From an uncultured Acholeplasmataceae bacterium (lineage in GTDB: Bacteria > Bacillota_I > Bacilli_A > Acholeplasmatales > Acholeplasmataceae): a stretch of 64,000 bases of DNA. The notes under the pieces were generated by a model. It was given only the letters and a program-made list of their open reading frames with translations, ran no database searches and was not told the origin of the DNA. Where the stretch lies: the NCBI GenBank assembly GCA_964444805.1, contig CAYUIK010000038.1, forward strand, positions 1-64,000. Direction: 5' to 3'. This document shows, piece after piece, positions 58,149-64,000 of the stretch. The stretch's first letter is position 1; every line of letters begins with the position of its first letter. Both the position numbers and the translations under genes were made by a program.

Positions 58149-61094
58149 CTAATTCGGATATACGAGATTGACATCATACTGCTCACCCTTGACATGAAGG
58201 ACGTAGTAGTAGTGTGTCGTACGCCCAAAGGGCTCGGTAACGGCAACCGTAACCGTATAATAACCCGGTCGATCGACGTCGTGTCCATTGGAATAATAGA
58301 CCTCGAGATCCGGATAATCATCACGGTTAACCGTAATGTTAGCGGCCGGATCAAACGAATCACCGGGATCGATCTCGACGACGTCCTTCTTGATGGTTAT
58401 GCGTTCTAGGGTACGTTCGACCAGAATGACGGATGTGTTGGCAGGAACGTATAGAGCATTGCCGACGACTTCCAGGCCGTTTAGGTCACTCGCTTCGGCA
58501 TAGGTCAGCATGTCGTATTGTTTACCGGCCGGCAGTTCGACGTAGGTCAATCCGCCACTTGGATTTCCACTGTGGACGACGATGAGCTCGGGGTCGTTGT
58601 TTTCTCCGGCGATCCGGTAAGCGATGGCTTGATGACCTTGATCGGTGTCGAGGAAGCTCAGGCGTGATCGGATCGATGCGGCATCATCCATCCGGAAATG
58701 GTTGAAGGATTGTCGGATCCGAATCAAGTCCTTGTAGTATTCGAAGACATCCGTGTAGCGTGCCTTGCGGTCCCAACGAAGTTGATTGACGCTATCGGGA
58801 GATTCATAGGAGTTGTGGTCGTAACCGCCTTCTTCGAGTGGCTTCGAACGCATGAATTCGACCCCGGCGTGAAGGAATGAAACGCCTTGTGAGGTTAAGA
58901 CGACGGCATTCGACTGGACTTGCATCGCTTTGACCTTGTCGCGGTTTCGCGTTCCGCTAAACCCTGTCAACATGAACTTGTCATAGAGCGTGTTGTTGTC
59001 GTGGGCCGTGACGTAGTTGATCATCTGATTCGGATTCAAGTGCCAGGGATCGACACCCGAATAACCCGGATGGTCAATCCCGCCGACGATCCCGTAGCGG
59101 ACGCCATTGTTCGTTATGCTCGTCGCTTCACCTTGGATCCAACCCGGTTCTCCGGCTTGGAAGACGGAACCCTTCAGGGCGTCACGGGTGACGTCATTGA
59201 AGGCACCCACGTCGTTCATATCCGAAAGGTTTACCTTGTCGGCGCGCATGCTTTCATCAAGCGGACTCGTTCCGCCCATCCACGGTTCACCGTAGACGAT
59301 GATCGTCGGATCGATCGCTTCGAGCAGGGACTGAATCTGATTCATCGTTTCGACGTCGTGAAGCGCCATGAGGTCGAAACGGAAACCGGACAAATTGTAT
59401 TCGGTTGCCAGGAACTCCACGGAATCGAGCATGAACTTTTGCATCATCGAGCGTTCGGAGGCGGTTTCGTTACCGGTACCCGAACCATTGCTGAAACCAC
59501 CGGTTTCGGTGAGACGGTGATAATATCCGGGAACGATTCGATGGAAATTCGACGTTTCCGATTCGCCCGTATGATTGTAAACAACATCCATGATAACACG
59601 AATATCGTAATCATGCAACGCCATGACGGCTTCTTTGAACTCTTTGATGCGTACTTCACCGTCGAATGGGTTCGTGGCGTACGATCCTTCGAGCGTGTTG
59701 AAGTGATAGGGCATGTAGCCCCAGTTGAAGATGTTCGAGTAATTCGGATTGTTGAAGGCTTCGATCTCATCGACGTAACCGAAATCGAAGATCGGCAAAA
59801 GTTGGACGGCATTGACGCCGAGTTCGGCGATATGGTCGAGACCGGTCGTGACCGTCACGTCACCCGATGAATAGGTCGTACCCTTTTCGGTCAATCCCAT
59901 GAATTTGCCGCGATAACTTTCTGTTCCCAGCCACGATTCATGGCTCGTGAGATCACGAACGTGCAGTTCGTAGACGATGTAATCGGTCAAGGAGCGAATC
60001 GTGTCGGGACGATCGTTATACGTCCATCCCTCGGGGTTGGTCGCAGCGAAATCGACGATCATCGCGCGTTGTCCGTTCGCACCGGTCGAGTAGGCGTAGG
60101 GGTCGGTGACTTCCTGCGGGATGCCGTTATTGGTTACCGTGAACGTGTAGTAATCCGAGAGATAGTCGCCGGTAAGCATGACTTCCCAGGCTCCGTTTTC
60201 GATCGGATAGAGCGCGTGCGTTTCATAGGGCGTCTCTTCTTTCGATGCGTTTCCCAGATCGTCATAATCCGGGTGACCCTGTTGATAGATGTTGAGCGAT
60301 ACGGCTTCGGATAACGGAGCCCAAAGACGGAAAACGGTGAATTCTTCTTCGAAACTTACACCGAGCGTGCCTTCATAGGTGTAGAGATCCTCGAAAGCGC
60401 TGGTGTCATAAAGATTTTGAAGCGAGATGGCTTTCTCGTCGGTTCTATCCTCGTTGAAATGGACGACGATCGTATAGTTCTTTGCGATATCGACGTCCTG
60501 TAGAGATACTTCGATCGTATTCGAAAAGGCTGTCGTTGTCGTTAAAATGCTTATGCCATCTTCGAGAATTTCATAGCCGAGTGCCGGAACGGCCGTAAGT
60601 GTGGCGATGATGTCTTTGTCGGCATCGAAGGCGGCAGTAAGAATCCGGTCGCGATAATCGGGAATGTTGGCGGCAAGATCGCTTTCTGAAAGACCAATTC
60701 TCAGGTCTTGTTCGACGAAATAGGCGTGAGCGACGCCACCCGTGACTTCGACTTCACTTAAGTCGATGAACCGGTCACCACCGACCTCACGGTAACCATC
60801 CCAACCACCCTGTTTGATGATGATGCCGACTTCGGTGGCATCCGGATAGTATTCCTCTAAGTCGACGACGTGAAAGACCCCGTGTTCATCGGTGTTGTCG
60901 ACATCGAAGTCGTGCTGGATACCACCGAGAGAACTGGGTTCGTGTTGCCACATCCAAAAATTGAAGTTCGTATAGTCATCATCGTAGCGATAATAGTGGA
61001 CGACGAGTGTTGTCGGTAGATCGCTCGCCTCGATCGTCATGTTCAAACCGATGAGCGTAAATCCGAGCATCATGGAAAACAATATTTTTTTCAT
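58149..61094 (-). CDS. pulA: Type I pullulanase (GH13) with N-terminal carbohydrate-binding modules and a C-terminal Ig-like domain; secreted
   Basis: Signal peptide. PUD/CBM41-like N-terminus (HYYRYDDDYTNFNFWMW). GH13 catalytic regions (YNHTGE, GFRFDLM, YGEPW, YVTAHDN). 981 aa. Confidence 0.85.
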   Translation of the reverse strand: MKKILFSMMLGFTLIGLNMTIEASDLPTTLVVHYYRYDDDYTNFNFWMWQHEPSSLGGIQHDFDVDNTDEHGVFHVVDLEEYYPDATEVGIIIKQGGWDGYREVGGDRFIDLSEVEVTGGVAHAYFVEQDLRIGLSESDLAANIPDYRDRILTAAFDADKDIIATLTAVPALGYEILEDGISILTTTTAFSNTIEVSLQDVDIAKNYTIVVHFNEDRTDEKAISLQNLYDTSAFEDLYTYEGTLGVSFEEEFTVFRLWAPLSEAVSLNIYQQGHPDYDDLGNASKEETPYETHALYPIENGAWEVMLTGDYLSDYYTFTVTNNGIPQEVTDPYAYSTGANGQRAMIVDFAATNPEGWTYNDRPDTIRSLTDYIVYELHVRDLTSHESWLGTESYRGKFMGLTEKGTTYSSGDVTVTTGLDHIAELGVNAVQLLPIFDFGYVDEIEAFNNPNYSNIFNWGYMPYHFNTLEGSYATNPFDGEVRIKEFKEAVMALHDYDIRVIMDVVYNHTGESETSNFHRIVPGYYHRLTETGGFSNGSGTGNETASERSMMQKFMLDSVEFLATEYNLSGFRFDLMALHDVETMNQIQSLLEAIDPTIIVYGEPWMGGTSPLDESMRADKVNLSDMNDVGAFNDVTRDALKGSVFQAGEPGWIQGEATSITNNGVRYGIVGGIDHPGYSGVDPWHLNPNQMINYVTAHDNNTLYDKFMLTGFSGTRNRDKVKAMQVQSNAVVLTSQGVSFLHAGVEFMRSKPLEEGGYDHNSYESPDSVNQLRWDRKARYTDVFEYYKDLIRIRQSFNHFRMDDAASIRSRLSFLDTDQGHQAIAYRIAGENNDPELIVVHSGNPSGGLTYVELPAGKQYDMLTYAEASDLNGLEVVGNALYVPANTSVILVERTLERITIKKDVVEIDPGDSFDPAANITVNRDDYPDLEVYYSNGHDVDRPGYYTVTVAVTEPFGRTTHYYYVLHVKGEQYDVNLVYPN

Positions 61095-61289
61095 AGGTCA
61101 TGACCTCCTTTGTCTCTATGATATCATGATTAAGGAAGGGAACCGGTTAAAAATGATAGCGATTTCAAAAAGAAAACGGTTGCACATTGAGCCAAGAGCT
61201 AAAGCGGTTACATAAAATGAAGCATTTGTGATAGAATGAAGGCGTCAGGAGTGATTCATTCATTCCATGAATAACAAAGGAGGAAAACA

Positions 61290-62747
61290 ATGAAGAAAGT
61301 ATTGGTAGCTTTATTTCTCGGTATTTTCGCTTTCATCGCATTCGGCATTAGCACGTATGCGGTTGAAGCGGCTACCGGGAATCTCGTCGTTCACTTCCAG
61401 GCTTGGGAAGGTGACTACGAAGGGCTTGGATCTTGGGCTTGGGGCGGACCCGCTGCAGGCAAGCTATACGATGGCGAAGATGACTTCGGTGTTTACTATG
61501 AGTTCGATCATATTCCCCTAGATACAGAAGTCGGATTCATCGCTGTCTATTGGGAAGGTGAAGGTCCGAATTGGGACCGCAAACTGACCGGTGACGTTTT
61601 GATCGATCCGAGCGTAATCGTCGAAGGTGAAACGGTACACGTCTATGTCTTCGAAGGCGCAGCGACAACCGATGATGAGCCTGGCTATTACGTTGCCAAA
61701 AACGACGCACCGAACATGCTCGCCGTCTATTATGATCCATCCGGAGCATACGAAGAAGAACTCGGCGTTCATGCTTGGGGCTGGGAAGGTTATGGTTCCG
61801 AGTGGGGCACGCCTTCACAAGTCTTTACGAAGGCTGGCGTCGCAGCTTCCGGTTATGACGTTAAGGCAAGCATGCTTTATGCTGAAGAAGACTGGGCTGG
61901 TCTACTTGTTTATGCTGGCGGAGACGCCAACAAGAAGACCGGTGATGTTACGATCGGTGACGCACTCGATGAATTCGTCGATGGTGAAGTCGGTGTCGCT
62001 TACGTGGTAAGTAAGGGTAATGCCTATACCGCGAACGACAATGTCTTCTATAACGATCCCGCTTCATTTAGAGACATGGCATTCTCCTTCCAGTTGATGC
62101 CTTTCGACAACACAGAAAAAGAGGGCACGTATGCCGTTGATCCGACAACGATCATCGTCAAGACGAGTTCTCCTGTCGCATCTCCATATCCGGATGCGGA
62201 TGACAAGGAAGAAGCGACTGCCACGATCGAAGGTTGGTTCGCTATTCATGAAGTCCTCGGAGAAGATACATATAGCGAAGATCCTCTGGAAATCGAACGC
62301 GTTGACTTTGCCGCTAACGACACACTAACAGCATTCGTCATCATTCTTGCCGAAGGCAGCGAACTCGACAATTCCAAGGATTATGAACTCTTCTTCGACC
62401 TCGGTTTGGATGAAGGAAACGTGGAAGCTTCAATCGTCGTCGATCTCGACCGTGAAGCTCCCGTTCTAAACTTCATCTCGCCATCCGGCATCGTCGGACT
62501 GGATCCGGAAGAGCGCGTCATCGAAGTCACATGGGGACAACCGTTCGATCAGAACCTATTCCCACGCTTCAGAGTCGAGGACAATCGCGATGGCGACTTG
62601 ACATCCTTCGTATTCGTACCAAAAGGCGATTATTCCGTCCTAGATACGCGAGAAGAAGGCGACTACACGATTCTATTACGAGTTGAAGATGAATGGGGTA
62701 ACGTCACGGACGAAACGTTCATTTTCAGAGTTTCAAAAACTGAGTAG
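61290..62747 (+). CDS. Secreted protein with pullulanase-N-terminal-like carbohydrate-binding repeats and a C-terminal Ig-like domain; no catalytic domain
   Basis: Signal peptide. Repeated VHFQAWEGDY...WAWG and LAVYYDP...HAWGWEG modules resembling pullulanase N-domains. C-terminal DUF5011-like sequence (RVEDNRDGDLTSFVFVPKGDYS). Confidence 0.55.
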   Translation: MKKVLVALFLGIFAFIAFGISTYAVEAATGNLVVHFQAWEGDYEGLGSWAWGGPAAGKLYDGEDDFGVYYEFDHIPLDTEVGFIAVYWEGEGPNWDRKLTGDVLIDPSVIVEGETVHVYVFEGAATTDDEPGYYVAKNDAPNMLAVYYDPSGAYEEELGVHAWGWEGYGSEWGTPSQVFTKAGVAASGYDVKASMLYAEEDWAGLLVYAGGDANKKTGDVTIGDALDEFVDGEVGVAYVVSKGNAYTANDNVFYNDPASFRDMAFSFQLMPFDNTEKEGTYAVDPTTIIVKTSSPVASPYPDADDKEEATATIEGWFAIHEVLGEDTYSEDPLEIERVDFAANDTLTAFVIILAEGSELDNSKDYELFFDLGLDEGNVEASIVVDLDREAPVLNFISPSGIVGLDPEERVIEVTWGQPFDQNLFPRFRVEDNRDGDLTSFVFVPKGDYSVLDTREEGDYTILLRVEDEWGNVTDETFIFRVSKTE

Positions 62748-62760
62748 GGAGGCACGCACA

Positions 62761-64000
62761 TGAAAAAACTATTATTATTACTGTTCGTTCTATCGGGCGT
62801 GCTGACACTAGCCGCTTGTTCAGAACCCGTCAATGAAGGCGAACTCATCGATTTCGGTGATACGTTCGTACAGAAAAGCAAGATTCGCGTTTGGATCGAT
62901 GATGAAAACGGCGAATACATGGAAGCCGTCATCGAAGCATTCAATGAAGTCTATCCGAACATCATCGTCGAACACCAGCACATGGGTAGCGTCGATGCCC
63001 GCGAATTGTTGAAGACATTCGGTCCATCCGGTAATGGTGCGGACGTATTCCAGTTCCCACACGACCACTTGGCACAGGCCATCCTGGAAGACCTCGTATT
63101 GCCACTTCCGAATTCTACGCGTGACGTTCTCGAAGGACGCGCCCATGAACTCGGAATGAGCATCGCGACCGTTTCCTATGACGAAGGCGCACAATCCTTC
63201 GATCCGGAAAGCCCGAATGCCGTTGAAAGACTATACGCAGTACCGATGTCGGTTGAATCGATCGGTTTGTTCTACAATACCGATTTGGTCGCCGAACCGG
63301 CAGAAACATATGAGGAACTATTAGCTGAAGCGGACGTATGGAATGCCGCACTCGCAGCCGATGAATCCGGACAGACCAATGCCCAAAAGGGTTGGTACTA
63401 CCTTGGAACATCGAGCCATTGGGCCGACAGCTACTTCATGCAACCGATCTATTCGGCCTTTGATTTCTATCCGTTTGGACCCGAACTCAATGATCCGAGT
63501 GCTGTCGGTTTCGAGGACGCGGTTCCTGCGCTCGAATGGATGGAATCCGAACTCAAACCACGCACAACGGGTAACGGTTCACACAACTCGATCGGTGGCG
63601 GTACGCTCTTTGAAGAAGGTAAAATTCCTTATGTCATCGGTGGACCATGGAACCACGAAGCCTATAAGAATGCCGGTTTGAACTACAGCGTCGCACCGAT
63701 GCCTTCGATCAATGTCGACGGTGTCGATACTCCGACTCGTACGTTTGCAGGCGCGATGATGGCTGCTGTCTACAAGTATTCAGATAATACTGAAGATGCG
63801 ATCAAGTTCGTTGAATTCCTCAATTCGGATATCGCGATGGAATTGCAATACGAAATGAAGGGTAAATTCCCAGCACTCGTATCCGAACTCGCGAGCCAGA
63901 TTCCTGGTGTTGCCGATGATGAACTGTTGTTGGCAATGTCCGAACAGCTCGAAACGTCCGTTCCGATGCCGACCATCCCTCAAGTCACGTACTACTGGGG
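62761..64000 (+). CDS. ABC transporter substrate-binding lipoprotein, maltose/maltodextrin (MalE/CycB-like); runs off the window end
   Basis: Lipobox LTLAAC. Family-1 solute-binding protein sequence (VWIDDENGEY..., GPSGNGADVFQFPHDH, PYVIGGPWN). Confidence 0.75.

Overview
This 64-kb window looks like chromosomal DNA from a Firmicutes-like bacterium (classification is inferred from gene content, not a search). Coding GC is moderate, with several clearly AT-rich patches.

- **Start of window:** 3' part of an rRNA operon (partial 23S, 5S, tRNA-Asn, terminator), then a P1B-type heavy-metal ATPase on the minus strand and housekeeping genes (GNAT, udk, MTA/SAH nucleosidase, DJ-1/PfpI).
- **Insertion site 1:** a promoter-driven tRNA cluster (Glu-Arg-Pro-Gly) is followed by a ~1.8-kb AT-rich islet. 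It carries an AbiEi/AbiEii (type IV toxin-antitoxin / abortive-infection) pair and is bracketed by imperfect ~50-bp direct repeats of the tRNA-Gly 3' end plus terminator.
- **Next to it:** a tightly overlapping five-gene minus-strand operon. In transcription order it encodes a fasciclin-domain protein, a small membrane protein, an XRE regulator, a GNAT fused to a site-2-protease-like membrane domain lacking HExxH, and a paralogous small membrane protein.
- **Central core:** MscS, pyruvate kinase, MATE, an M29 aminopeptidase, an S9 peptidase, NfeD-like plus flotillin, an orphan PP-loop amidotransferase-like enzyme convergent with an EFR1-type flavodoxin/ferredoxin and an MccF-like S66 peptidase, DUF2188, LytTR plus a membrane partner, an AEC transporter, an SDR, and an N-domain-less ClpB with a CIRCE-like operator.
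- **Insertion site 2:** tRNA-Cys is followed by a second AT-rich islet with mazE/mazF, 570 bp with no ORF, and an XRE-membrane regulator. Then comes an Smr / NYN-LOTUS / DUF3137-like trio.
- **Further genes:** two esterases, TIGR02206 and DUF554 membrane proteins, a Zn-ribbon SAM methyltransferase, a CDGSH protein, a GAF hybrid histidine kinase, msrB and a lipase.
- **Branched-chain operon:** a Leu/Val/Phe dehydrogenase is followed by a four-subunit 2-oxoacid:ferredoxin oxidoreductase, with an array of TTTCGTT repeats upstream.
- **Transporter:** an MFS transporter carries an extracytoplasmic insertion of two ~85-aa tandem repeats with EF-hand-like loops.
- **End of window:** GDPD and a split ChrA pair, then a starch/maltodextrin locus (lipoprotein 5'-nucleotidase with Ig-like domains, RDD protein, GH13 lipoprotein, YvdJ-like protein, pullulanase plus lipoprotein, a secreted non-catalytic pullulanase-N-like protein, and a partial MalE-like binding protein).

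No CRISPR array, integrase or transposase was seen. All similarity statements come from reading motifs by eye, not database searches.
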